Positions 12,031 through 23,915 of a DNA stretch of 64,000 nucleotides are shown here, in pieces. The position numbers and the translations under genes were made by a program. Position 1 is the stretch's first letter; every line of letters starts with the position of its first letter. The notes under the pieces are model-generated. The model was not told where the DNA came from, searched no databases, and worked only from the letters and a program-made list of their open reading frames with translations. The DNA is from Eledone cirrhosa (lineage: Eukaryota): assembly GCA_964016885.1 (NCBI GenBank), contig OZ024746.1:68696001-68760000 (forward strand). Direction: 5' to 3'.

Positions 12031-12616
12031 TTAAAAATGTGAGAGAAAAATGCTAGATAGAGTTGTTAGAACAGACATTGCTTTGCAATATTTGTTCTGG
12101 GTCTTTACATTCTGAATTCAAATCCAACCAAGGTCATTTTAGTCTCTCATCCTTCAAGAGATAATAAAATGAAGTGCCAATCAAGTACTATATGAGAGTC
12201 AGCTGAAAAGTTAATAGACTGACAATGAAGGAGTAATGCTAGAGCTGCAAAAAAATAAACCTCATTTGGTCATTTCATGAGAGTATCTTGGTCGCCTATG
12301 AACTTTTCAGCCAACCTTTGTAATTCACTGTCCCTCACCCTAAAAATTCCTGGCCTCGTGCCAGTTAAGAATTTTTATTAAAACAAAGAACAAAAAAAAA
12401 AAATATGGAAAAAAGAAATACATATTGATTTTAAAAAATTATACATACATAACTATTTGAAATAGAAAAATCAATAAACATTATGAAATCTATATATTAT
12501 TAGATGCTTTCTCTTTTTATATCGTTTCTGTTTGTCAATGGAATATGCTTCCATTGACAATGGTAAAATCCTCAGATATGCCATTATTGCAGCTTGGTTA
12601 GAACATTCTAGCACTA

Positions 12617-12825
12617 AATGATGATGATGATGGTGATGATGGTGGTGATGGTGGTAGTGGTGATGATGGTGGTGGTGGTGGTGGTGGTGGTGGTGGTGGT
12701 GGTGTTGGTGGTGGTGATGGTGGTGGTAGTGATGGTGGTGGTGGTGGTGATGGTGGTGATGGTGTTTGTGGTGTTGTTGTTGTTGGTGGTGGTGGTGCTG
12801 CTGCTGTGGTGATGGTGATGGTGGT
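12617..12825 (+). repeat. (GAT/GGT/GTT)n trinucleotide microsatellite
   Basis: Direct reading; source of the poly-His/Val/Thr ORFs. Confidence 0.97.
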
Positions 12826-12982
12826 AGAGAAGGAGGGGGGGGGGGCAGAAGCAGCGGCAAATGGGGAGAATATTTATTTTAAAACAAAACTTAATTGATA
12901 GATCAAACACAAAAAGATTTTGAAATATTACTCTTGTTATTCAACTGACACTTTTTAAATTTTACATATGAATCTGATTAAT

Positions 12983-13118
12983 ACAACAACAACAACAACA
13001 ACAACAACAGCAGCAGCAACAACAATACCAGCAACAACAACAACAACAGCAGCAGCAGCAGCAACACCAACAACAACAACAGCAACAGCAACAACAACAA
13101 TATCAACAGCAACAATAA
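12983..13118 (+). repeat. (CAA/CAG)n trinucleotide microsatellite
   Basis: Direct reading. Confidence 0.97.
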
Positions 13119-13281
13119 CCAAAACCATTTCATCTATTCTTTTTTTAAGATAAAAATTAAATATATCTTTTCATTTTTATGACAGTTGAAAATCATTTGA
13201 GAAAGATTTGACTGCTATTTCTAGCATGCTGAGCAACCACATAGTGGTTCCCGCATGAATCACTTCTTACTTAAGAATAAT

Positions 13282-13410
13282 TGTTTCTACTTTTGGTACA
13301 AAGGCCAGCAATTACTCAGTATATTACTGGTACTTTATTTTATCAACCCCCGTAAGGATGAAAGGCAAAGTTAACCTCAACTGGATTTGAACTCAGACCG
13401 TAAAGGGACG
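13282..13410 (-). mobile_element. 5'-truncated Meta-like SINE (family A) with TSD
   Basis: Family A core and tail. TAAGAATAAT duplicated at ~13272-13281 and 13411-13420. Confidence 0.8.
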
Positions 13411-13514
13411 TAAGAATAATGTTGTCATTTACCTCCAGGTGGGACACTGGCAGAGTTATTAGAGCGTTGGACAAAATGCCCTCTTTTTGAAGTTGATAAT
13501 ATGAATATTATAGG

Positions 13515-13790
13515 CAGTAAATTGGCAGAGTTGTTAGAACGTCGGATAGAATGCTTTATGGTATTTGTTAGGGGTCTCTGCTCTCAGTTCAAATCCCACC
13601 GAGGTCAACTTTGCCTTTTATCTTTTCAAGGTCGATAAAAAAAGTACCAGTCTAGTACTGAGGTTGATTCTTCCTCTCTCTGGAAGAAAGCTACTGTACT
13701 CAGACCTGGGTGGGTTCCGCCAGGCTTAAAATGCCCAAGAAACACTGTATGTTAATACTGCATCCCTATGACTCTATCATACATACAATA
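13515..13790 (+). mobile_element. Meta-like SINE family A2
   Basis: TTGGCAGAGTTGTTAGAAC head, GTTCAAATCCCACCGAGGTCAACTTTGCCTTT core, A2 tail. Confidence 0.8.
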
Positions 13791-14113
13791 TGAATATATA
13801 TATTGTCATCATCCTCATCCATTTTACATCTGCTTTTTCAATACTGGAAGAACTGGGGTTGGATAGTAAGAAAGAAGAGTGATGGTGAGAGATGTGGATG
13901 ATAGCTAGGTTTTATAGGGAAGAACATCATGGTGATGATGTGAAAGGCAGGTAGAATGATAATGACAGAGAATAAAAAAGAAATAATGGGTGGTTGGATA
14001 CAGACAAAACAGACATCTTCTCTAGGGCAAAGGGTGATAGGTGTGTAATAAAGATGATATCTTAAGCAAAGCACCAATAATAGGGCAGTAGGTAGAGATT
14101 TAGAAGGAGTGTA

Positions 14114-14395
14114 GTGGAGACACATGGCCTAATGGTAAGAATGTTGGACTTACAATCATAATGTTATGGGTTCGATTCCTGGACTGGATTATGTGTTGTG
14201 TTCTTGAGAAAAACACTTCGTTTGGTGTTGCTCCAGTATACTCTACTGAAAATGAGTACCAGCTGTAGCTGGGAGTTTAACCCTGCAATGGGTTGGTGTC
14301 CTGCCCAGGGGGAAGTCTTGTACTCTCAGTCACTTCACACCACAGAAACTGGGATAAACACCAGCCTGGTGAGCCTATGGACTCGAGACAGACAT
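14114..14395 (+). mobile_element. tRNA-headed CORE-type SINE with V-domain-like tail
   Basis: TGGCCTAATGGTAAGA (A box), GGTTCGATTCC (B box), TTCTTGAGAAAAACACTT..GCTCCAGT..CTGAAAATGAG core, then AACCCTGCAATGGGTTGGTGTCCTGCCCAGGGG...ACAGAAACTGGGATAA. Confidence 0.75.
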
Positions 14396-14539
14396 TTTTA
14401 GAGTGGGAAAGAAACTCAATACATCCAGCATTTATCTGCACCATCTTCAGTTTAACAGCTATTTAGCCATGCTTCCAGCAATAGGTAAGCCTTCTCCAGT
14501 ACTGCAGGTCCCCAATCATTACAGTCCTCAGTCGTTTAC

Positions 14540-15050
14540 TTCACTATGTTTCAACATTTTGAGGTCTATCATCTTCACATGTCTGCATTGGTCTCCTTCT
14601 TTTACAGCTTCCTTCTATATCAGGTGCTCAGCACTTAATAATACAACTGGTATCCTCCATATACATCATACATCCAGAGGCATAACCAGGGAAAATAGCA
14701 CCTATGACAAGCAGTGAAATTGCACCTCTGCCCAGCACTGTATTTTTACCTATGGAGGCCTAATAATTTATATAAATGGTTTAATGATCCAGCCACCATA
14801 GTGTTCTCACCCATGATAGAGACAGATCATACATTTGAAGGAGTTTATTTTTTCACGCTCTGGCAAGGTTTATTTGACTTTAATAGAACGTGCTCCAATG
14901 GTGCCCTCTTCCTGTGATGCCCATCGCACGTGCCAATTTTGCCATACCCTAGTTATACATCTGCACATATCCATACCAGCATAGTGATCTCTCTTGCTCT
15001 CTTACACACAGCATATGATTCCACTTATATTTAGTTTTTTCTCTTAATTT
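14540..15050 (-). mobile_element. Degenerate RTE fragment interrupted by a hAT MITE
   Basis: Joining the flanks of 14675-14963 restores ATCCTCCATATACATCACATATCCATACCAGC, the antisense of the RTE WYGHVMRM region. Confidence 0.65.
14675..14963. mobile_element. hAT-like MITE with 8-bp TSD
   Basis: TIRs CAGAGGCATAACCAGG / CCTAGTTATACATCTG. Flanks CATACATC and CACATATC (6/8 match). Confidence 0.7.
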
Positions 15051-15372
15051 ATTTGTGTTCCATTGCTCGAATTGTGTGAGTGTGTGCGTGCGCACATGTT
15101 TATGTGTGCATGTCTGAATGTCATAGAGTGAAAGAGAATGTTTATATTTAATAAGACTTTCTTATCTAAAATAAGTTATTCCTTATAAATGCAGTTACTT
15201 AAAATAGATATCTGTAGCAAGTTCTGATTTGACTGGATATTAGAAATATACTTGTTAAGAGAGTAAATATATTTAGAATATTATAGCATTTACCAGAAAT
15301 TTACATAGATGTTGTTGTTTACAAGCCAGCAATGGAACTGTTACTTGTTAACTAAGCCTGCTATAAATAATG

Positions 15373-15972
15373 GTTTCTGATTTCGGCACAAGCCCCTCAA
15401 TTTAGGGGGAGCGGAAACTCAACGTTTTAATGTCTGCTTTCCTTGATAGCAAGGGTTGGATAGGTCTGCATAGACCAAGTCAGTACCAAAGCTGTGGTAA
15501 TTGATCTCCCAAACATGCCAGAAATCTGTTATCTTGCTTATGTACAGTCTCATGTTCTATCGTCTCGTTTTATTTTATCAGCCCCTTAACCCTTTAGAAT
15601 TTACATTACTCTATATTTACTATTGTATTTTCACAGTAAAAACTTCATTTCACATAATTACCTCACATAATATCGAATCTATTAGATTTTGATATTATTT
15701 ATTTTGAGAACAATACCTTAACATCGGTATAAGGGGCCGGTTACAGCTAGTTTGAACAGAAAGAGGTGAGAGAATCCTGGCTGGATACAGCCGATTTAAA
15801 TGCTAAAGGGTTAAGGATGAAAGGTAAAGCTTATGTACATTACTGTTATTTTATTTTATCAACCCCTTAAGGATGAATGGTAAAGCTCACCCCAGTGGGA
15901 TTTGAACTCAGAATGTAAAAGGCCATAACTCTATGCCATAAAGCATGTTGTCCAATTCACTGCCCTCAGCCT
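15373..15972 (-). mobile_element. Meta-like SINE hosting nested insertions
   Basis: CTATAAATAATG duplicated at ~15361 and ~15974. Contains an RTE-type tail piece and the TTAA MITE. Another family A copy follows at ~15980-16200. Confidence 0.65.
15590..15810. mobile_element. piggyBac-like MITE family 1, intact (221 bp)
   Basis: TTAA|CCCTTTAGAATTTA ... TAAATGCTAAAGGG|TTAA. TTAA TSD at 15586-15589 and 15811-15814. Confidence 0.92.
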
Positions 15973-16634
15973 TCTATAAATAATGATTCCTACTTTAGGC
16001 ACAAGGTCAGTAATGTGGGAGCATGGTGAAAGCCACTTATATCAACCCCAGTTCTTTATTTGTAGTTTATTTTATCAAGCCCAGAAATATGAAAGGGAAA
16101 GTTAACCTCGGAGGGATTTGAGCTCAGAAAGTAAAGCCCTGGGACAAAAACTGCTAAGCATTTGTTTGATGTTTTAATGGCTCTGCTAATCCACTACTAA
16201 AATTATACAAAATTCTATGAAATCATAATCTAGTGGCTTAGGAAAATGAAAGACACTTTGGCTAGTGTTGCCTTAGATGAACTATATTTAAATATAAGAT
16301 GCAGTGGGTCACAGCTGGAATACCTTTGATCATAGGTCTGCTGGATTAGAGTTTGACATGAAGCTTAACAACACTTGATCAGTTATATAATGTATCTACT
16401 GCTAATAGCTGAGCACACAAGGTACCTTCTATATAGTTGCTGGACCTGCTAGAAAAGTCACATTAGATATGGTCTTAGGTTCCCTATTCACAGGGAAAAA
16501 GCAAGGAGGTCAGAGTTGGAATAGATTTGATCAAAGGTCTGCTCTGGATGTGAATAACAATAACAATAAAACTTGGTCTGTTATGTATTGTTATATATTG
16601 CATCTACTGCTGTTAGTGAATAGGTGATCCTGCC

Positions 16635-16815
16635 TCATCGTCATCATCATTTTACATCCGCTTTTCCTTGCTTGCAAAGGTGGGACGGGTCCTTTTCAGC
16701 ACAGCATCTCTCCTTTTGTTATGGTCCTTCGTCATCTCCTCTGTGAGCTTCAGCGATCTGAGGTCAGCTGTCACCACCTCCGCCCATGTTTTTTGTGGTC
16801 TTCCTTCCTCCTTCA
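16635..16815 (-). mobile_element. RTE LINE 3' end (subfamily 3, short 3'UTR)
   Basis: Minus strand encodes GRPQKTWAEVVTADLRSLKLTEEMTKD...AVLKRTR, then CCCACCTTTGCAAGCAAGGAAAAGCGGATGTAAAATGATGATG. Confidence 0.8.
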
Positions 16816-16876
16816 GACAAATATGTACCAGCCATGAATTAGGAACAGCTGACCATTTGGTCTATAACACAAAAGA

Positions 16877-17075
16877 AGGGTCGGATTAAGACGTTTAGAT
16901 GTCCTAAATACTAAAAAGATTTTAGGTGCCCTCTCTTTATGGGCTCTGGTTCAGCTGCAACATAGCACCATATTCCATCGTAAATCTGGTACTGGAGAAA
17001 AATTGTTATAAGGCCCCTCTTTACTTGAGGCCCTAAACATGTATTTAGTTTGTTTAATAGTTAATGCAGGGATAG
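16877..17075. mobile_element. Possible PIF/Harbinger-like MITE, degenerate
   Basis: AGGGTCGGATTAAG start, internal GGCCCC/GAGGCCCTA motifs and a degenerate GTTAATGCAGG end. Confidence 0.4.
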
Positions 17076-18487
17076 CCAAGACAATACTTGCCAATGATCC
17101 AATGAATGATCTTGGTTATCTTTCGACTTGCTAGAAATAGTAACAAAATCCCTCTCAAATTACATCCCTACAGTCTTTTGTTAATGTATTATGTAGTATG
17201 TATTTTTAGATAAACTCTTCTTAAAACAGAGAGTCACACTTAAACATATATATGATTGATGATCTGGAGCTATAGACAACAATAACAACAGTAACAATAA
17301 TAACCCATCAGATACTTCAAAATGATACATAATTATTTTAAAATAAAAAATCAGAATTTTCTTAAAAATGGCCTTAAAACAAAGTTATATATATAATTAT
17401 TTTAAGTCAACCTGTTTGCCTGTCTGCCTGCATGCCTGCCTCATTGTTATTTGTCCTCCCCCTCTCTTTTCTTCTCTCTCTCTTATGCATACATACATAT
17501 TTCTTAATCCCCTCTTATGCAGACATACACATTTCTTAATGAAAAGAATTAAATATTCTATATTTGATGCAGCATCAACATATTGAACAGAATTTTTAAT
17601 TTCCTTCTCTCTTATGGAGATAAATACAGAAATTGTTCCATTTATATACATATTTGTTTTTTCTTCTAAGAAACCATTATTGCTGCTTTGCTTAAGATAG
17701 CATCTTTACCTCCTAAAATTGTTTTCTCTGCAGTTTCCATTAAAATCATTATTTTAGATATGTTATTAAAGATGATATTCAATTAGTTCTGTACAAGTAA
17801 TTCCTTTCTAACCAGTAAAATGCACATAGATTGACATCAGTTTCATAAATTTTTTAATTCTTTGAAAATAATACTGAATTAATTCATAAATAAATAAATG
17901 AAAGAATTTTGTTAAAAATTAATAAAATAGAAAAATACAAAGAAAATAAAGAACATAAAGACTTTGAAGGTAAATGCTAAAGCTAAAAATACAGAAATAT
18001 TCTTTTTTATTAAAATTTGTTCATATGAATGTTAAGTTTTTAGAAATTGGCAATGTATCATAGTATTGATGATGCATGGTTAGATACAATTAATTGATTG
18101 AAAAAATATCATAATAGGGTCAGAGAGGTAAACGTTACTTTAAAGACTATGTATTACATGAGCTAGGAAAATAACTTAAAAATGAAAGGAAAATATATAT
18201 GAACCATATAAACAAAGCTGCCAACAATATATTCTCCTAAATACTATGAGAGGCTTAGTAGTGGCTTTAATGAGATGGCGATGGTGGTGGTGGTGGGGGG
18301 GGGGGGTCTTTGGAGAAGATGTTTTCAATTGTTTTTGTCACATTTACTGTGTGGCAACTTTTTGAAAGTAAGTTTACCCCCCCCACCCTATTTTGTTCAG
18401 TAATAAGAGTTTATGTCTCTACCATAATACAATAACTGACAAAAGGAAAATTTTTAAATACTGTTTTTAACATTATTATTTTGCTGC

Positions 18488-18897
18488 ATTGGCAGTATTG
18501 GTAGTGGATCGGACACCATGCTTTGACGCATAGAGTTATGGCCCTTGCCATTCTGAGTTCAAATCCCACCATGGTTAACTTTGCCTTTCATCCTTGAGGG
18601 GGGGGGGGGATAAAATAAAGTACCAGTAATGAACTGCGTAATTGATGGACTTGTGCCAAAAGTAGAAACAATTATTTTATGCTCAAAAAGGGTTGTGAAT
18701 TGGCAGTATTGGTAGAGAGTCACAGTCCTTTACATTTAGAGTTTGAATCTCACCGAGTTTAGCTTTGCCTTTCATCTTTATGGAGTTGATAAAATAAACC
18801 ACCAGTAACACACTAGGGTGGATTTAATTTAATTTCCCACTCCCTTCAAATTTCTGGCCTGTGCCAAAAGTAGAAACAATTATTTTATGCTCAAATA
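18488..18897 (+). mobile_element. Two tandem family A SINEs
   Basis: Two heads/cores/tails. ATTATTTTATGCTCAAA flanks the second copy (~18671-18687 and ~18880-18896). Confidence 0.85.
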
Positions 18898-20971
18898 ACA
18901 ATAATAGTACAAAACAACATTATTTCATTGACTTATGAACAACTAATGATGAACAGATACCAGTACTAGGAGCAAATATAGTCAGTGTGAATAACTAATG
19001 ATTAACAATTTTACCATTCCATTTCCCTGGAGTGGTACATTATCAACCCCGAAAGGATGAAAGGCAAAGTTGGCTTCAACTAGATTTGAACTCAGAGAAC
19101 AGACAACCAGAACACCACAATGCATACAATCCAATGCACTACAGATTTAGCCAAACCTCTCTTCAATCTCTGTATCAAATCAAAGCTTATATTTATATCT
19201 GAATTACTTATTAGGTTACAGGGTGCTACTCAATTTCTTCTCTATGTTAGTTATAATGAAACAGTACATATAAACAAGCACCACCCAATTTCAAAATGAC
19301 ACAGAGGTCATCTGAAGATTATTTATTTAAATCTACGAAATCAAATTCATGCTAATCTTTTTGTGATTCATATCATATTAATAAGCATTTAAATTTAAAC
19401 AGATAAGGAGGGAAAATTAACAGTAGCCTAGTCTAAGATATATGACCAAAAACCTGCTTGTAATATAGCCATTAATAAGAATTATAAAATTGAGTTGTGA
19501 ATATTGCAATAATATTTATTTCATCATGAGCTCAGTCTACAACCTTCACCAATGCAAGTTTATCATTGCCATTAAATCACAAACAGTAAATGAAAGGTAT
19601 ATGAATGCTATACTATTTCATCAAAGTAGTATATTTCTTGATGATGAATTTTCTTATAAGATAATTCTCTTAATTTATATTATAATCAGACAAAAGTTGA
19701 TTTAACATGACAGCATTTATAAATATATGATTGTTAACAAATTTGATGACAGAGAGAGGTGAACACTGATTTAGACTTTGTTTCTTGGATAAATCCTGTA
19801 TTACGGTATTGAGATAAACACTAGATAACGCTTGTATTTTTAGATCAATAAGAAACAATATGAAGAAACATGATCGATAGATTGCTACTGTTTCATCAAT
19901 AGTGTTTTGTAGTGGTATTCATGAAATAGTAAATAGCTGAACAAAAAACAGTTAATTGGTGTTGGTAGCAAGACAGTTTTTAATATGAAGATTCACTAGG
20001 TTTAATCAATCCAGTTTACAATGCTCAGCAAGTGATTAATTGGAAATAAAAGATCCATTATCAACACAAGGATAGCTTCATAGACATTAAAATGATAATA
20101 GTTTGATCCATTAAAATACAGGCAGAATTCCTTTCAGATATTTGTTAACCATTATACTGGTCAATCAATATTTTCTCTCAAGTCATTTGACCGTAAACCT
20201 CTTTAGAACAATAACCTGCTTTAATCCATAAATTTTATTATATTTGTGGTGATGAAAAAAAAAAGCATTAAAAAAAAAAGTTTAATGAAACTAATCAATA
20301 GTTGCTTCAACATGATCTATTCATTCTATATTGATTGGCTATTGACAAGTCTAAACATTTTAAATATGAAGATGTCACATGCAAGGACAATAGTCTACTG
20401 ACTTTTTCAAACTATCCTCTTCTTACTAATCATACCCCATTGATAGATTCACAATGACATGTCAAAAATACCTGCAGGCACATTCCAACAACTCATTTAT
20501 GTATAAGAAATTATCGTTATTTATTTATTTTTTTCAAGAGAAGAGTATTCAATTTAGTTTATTTAGAATTCTTTAAGAGATGTTAAAGAAAACATCAATG
20601 GAATGATACAAGCCAGATATATAAAAGACAGTTAAATCAAACTTAATTGAAAATAATACTGAAGAATGGCTTAATATATGTGAGAACAAAAAGAGAGGGG
20701 GGGGAGAAAGCTGTGGTGAACCTGTATTTCCTAACACTCAACTGTGCAAAACCAATTCAATTTCAAAATTACACAGGGGTCATCTGAAGACAATTTCTCT
20801 AAGTGTACAAAGGAAATTTCATGCAGTTTTGAAGATTCCTAGCCAATCCTATTATTCTAACATGCTTTTTTTGTTATTTTTATTGATTTTATTTGCAAAT
20901 GCTTCAGGACAATTACATCCAGCAAGGATTTATTATAACTTCTTTTGTATGTCTATCTAAATATATACACA

Positions 20972-21001
<30 letters not shown>

Positions 21002-21003
<2 letters not shown>

Positions 21004-21101
21004 GAATGTCCCCAAAAAATGTATACATAAAGGCTGTGCACTCTAATAAATATTGCCTGTACAGGTAATCAAAGTATGTATACATTTTTGGAGTCACCTT
21101 G
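21002..21101. mobile_element. Tiny Tc1/mariner MITE (100 bp)
   Basis: CAGAATGTCCCAAAAAATGTATACAT / ATGTATACATTTTTGGAGTCACCTTG-TA. A related ~76-bp copy lies at 29585-29660. Confidence 0.75.
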
Positions 21102-21254
21102 TATATATATATATATATATACATACATATAAAATCATCACCATTTTTACGTCCATTTTCTTCCACCCTCACATGAGTTGGACAGGTCCTTTTCAGCACA
21201 ACATCTTTCCATATCAATACACATAAAGACATATCTATACACATATATCTCCAA

Positions 21255-21455
21255 AATGGCTGACTGAATACAGATGTGTTTTTATTTCAAAAATTGTTTT
21301 TCCTTTCCCTCCTCTATCTTTCTATTTAATCTTTTATTTCTCATTCTATCTTCTGAAGAAGTACTAGTGTCTGAAATGTAAAAACTTTTTCCTCACTGTA
21401 TCAATCATTAAACTAAAATATTTTTTCATTATACTGTGTTTTTTGCTTTGTTATT
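21255..21455 (+). mobile_element. PLE-type repeat with degenerate hammerhead motif (second copy)
   Basis: TCTTCTGAAGAAGTACTAGTGTCTGAAATGTAAAAAC at 21349-21385. Flanks align with the reverse complement of 7315-7527. Confidence 0.6.
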
Positions 21456-21469
21456 TCTGTTTACTTTAT

Positions 21470-21473
21470 GCAT

Positions 21474-21506
<33 letters not shown>

Positions 21507-21617
21507 GGTCCCACTCTTTCATATAAGCATACTCTACTACCCCAAGTATCAAGTACTCTGGTGAGTAATAGTCTAACCAGCTTCTTACTGTTTCCATCTT
21601 GATTTATATATAAATAC

Positions 21618-21679
<62 letters not shown>

Positions 21680-21893
21680 ATATATATATATATACATATA
21701 TATATACATATATGTATACATATACAGGATCGAGATCTTTGGCGCTATTTAGTAATAGAGAAGACCCACCTTCCCATGTGCACGGGTTGAAGCCTACATC
21801 TAGTATGCAGTACTTAACTCCTATCCTCCCTCCCTCCTATACACTTCCCATGCTCTACCACTCCACCCATATCCTAATCACCTCACACCAACC

Positions 21894-21941
<48 letters not shown>

Positions 21942-21988
21942 TAAATATATATATATAAATATATATATGAATATATATATATATATAA

Positions 21989-22033
<45 letters not shown>

Positions 22034-22090
22034 TATATATAAATATATATATAAATAAAATAAAATAAAATAAGATAAATAAATACATAC
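21470..22090. repeat. Cluster of (TA)n/(TAAA)n microsatellites with short repeat inserts
   Basis: Direct reading. Includes an RTE fragment ~21728-21810 and a GAGTACTCTGGTG-type insert. Confidence 0.9.
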
Positions 22091-22326
22091 ACAAGCACAA
22101 TAACAACAAGCACATAAACACACACTAGTCACCCAGCAGACACAACACTATACACACTAGTCACACAGCAGACATAACACTATACACACACGCAAACGCA
22201 TGCGCAAAGAAGACAAAATAAAATAAACAAACAAGCAAATAAATAAATAAATATATAGACAGACTGAATAAAAAATGGCGTAGACATACAACACAACAGG
22301 AGGAAAAAATATAACACCACTGACGA

Positions 22327-22565
22327 TGTTGCAGATGTGCAACGAAAGATTTATGTAAATTATGTAAACTATATATATGTGTTTGTGTCTATATTGTATC
22401 TGTATTATTTTTGACCGTCGGTCAGTCAATGGCAACATTGAGGACCGAGTAAGTTAGATCGCAGATATAAAAGACAGCGAGAAGCAAAAACCAACCAAAC
22501 AGTGAGTGTGTTCTGTTATTAATTCTGGCAATATTACGCAAATATGACCCTCCCCAAGTATAACA
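22327..22565 (+). mobile_element. LTR-like segment (TG...CA, TATA box), no TSD found
   Basis: Starts TGTTGCAG, contains GATATAAAAGACAGCG, ends TATAACA at a (TA)n tract; CpG retained. Confidence 0.35.
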
Positions 22566-23286
22566 ATATATATATATATATATATATATTTATTGTGGTT
22601 AGTGGAAACCTACCCAGGTGAATATGATTTATTTAGAAATTTTTCATGAACCATGTACAATGATGATGATGATGATATATTTATACACATAGATATATAC
22701 CTACATATATACTTCCATGTTGAAAAGATCTGGAATATCAGTCACAGTTGGACATTATACAAATCAGAGGTACTGCATCTCCTTCATATACTTCATATTT
22801 AGCATGGTTCCTATGGCCAGATGCCCTCCCAATGTCAGCTACCTCATATATAGACAGTCTAACATAGATAAATGCATATATGTACATACATACATACATA
22901 CATACATGATGGCTGCCCCCTTGTTATCGAGTATGGCCATTGCACGATATACCATTATTAATAATTATTAATTAATTCTATCATGCAATGCCTGTGTGTG
23001 AAGATATTTTTTAAAGTGAGGAAAGACTGTGCACTGAGCCAATCCCACTCTCTGAGCGACAGTAGCTATAACCCAAAAAGCAGAAAAGATCAACATCATC
23101 GGTAACTACTGAGCCACAGGTTTTATATCAGAGTTATCCCAGTTTCCTAAGTTGCCTTCTCCTAGAAGAATGCCCTGACAAAGGCTAGGGGACCTTCACT
23201 CCCAGTGGTTTAACTGTGCGGTACATGTGTATATACATATTTACACATTTTCGGATGGCCATTGACTCTCATGAGTTCTTGCGCCC

Positions 23287-23559
23287 TTTGTCAGGTTTTG
23301 TTTTTTGTCCTGCAGGGTGTCCAAAATCACCCTCTTCACCAAGTAAACTTGGTGGGGTTGCCAGTTTAGTCGCCGACGACCCGACCATGCAACAAGTTGT
23401 ACTGGGTTACATACATACATACATACATATATCTGAGTGCTACTGATAACATGTATCCCAGTACAACCTCTCACATAGTCAGATCGTTAGCGACTAAACT
23501 GGCAACTGGTGGGGAGGGTGATTAGACACCCTGCAGGATGAAAAACAAGACCCGACAAA
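23287..23559. repeat. Inverted pair of ~100-120 bp retroelement-like fragments
   Basis: 23287-23406 matches the reverse complement of 23457-23559 (shared CCTGCAGGGTGTC, ATCACCCTC, GTTGCCAGTTTAGTCGC, GTTGTACTGGG). Confidence 0.88.
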
Positions 23560-23689
23560 TACATACATACATATACATATATAAATATGCCGGGATCTTG
23601 ATTCTTTTTCTATTACCCACTCTACTACCCAAAGTATTGAGTACTCTGGTGCGTTATGGTCCACCTGGTATCTTACCACACCCTCTTTG

Positions 23690-23705
23690 TTATATATATA
23701 TATAC

Positions 23706-23752
<47 letters not shown>

Positions 23753-23871
23753 TGTATATATTTATATATGCACACATATGCATATGCAGGTATATATGTA
23801 CATGCATGTATGTACACACATACATATATATATATGTACAGACATACATGTACATACATACCTGCATATCC

Positions 23872-23907
<36 letters not shown>

Positions 23908-23915
23908 CTGTGTGT
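23690..23915. repeat. (TA)n/(TACA)n/(TG)n compound microsatellite
   Basis: Direct reading. Confidence 0.95.

Noticed and set aside
12471-12910. Poly-His/Gln, poly-Thr and poly-Val ORFs
   Set aside because: All are translations of one trinucleotide microsatellite open in several frames; no domain or supported splice structure.
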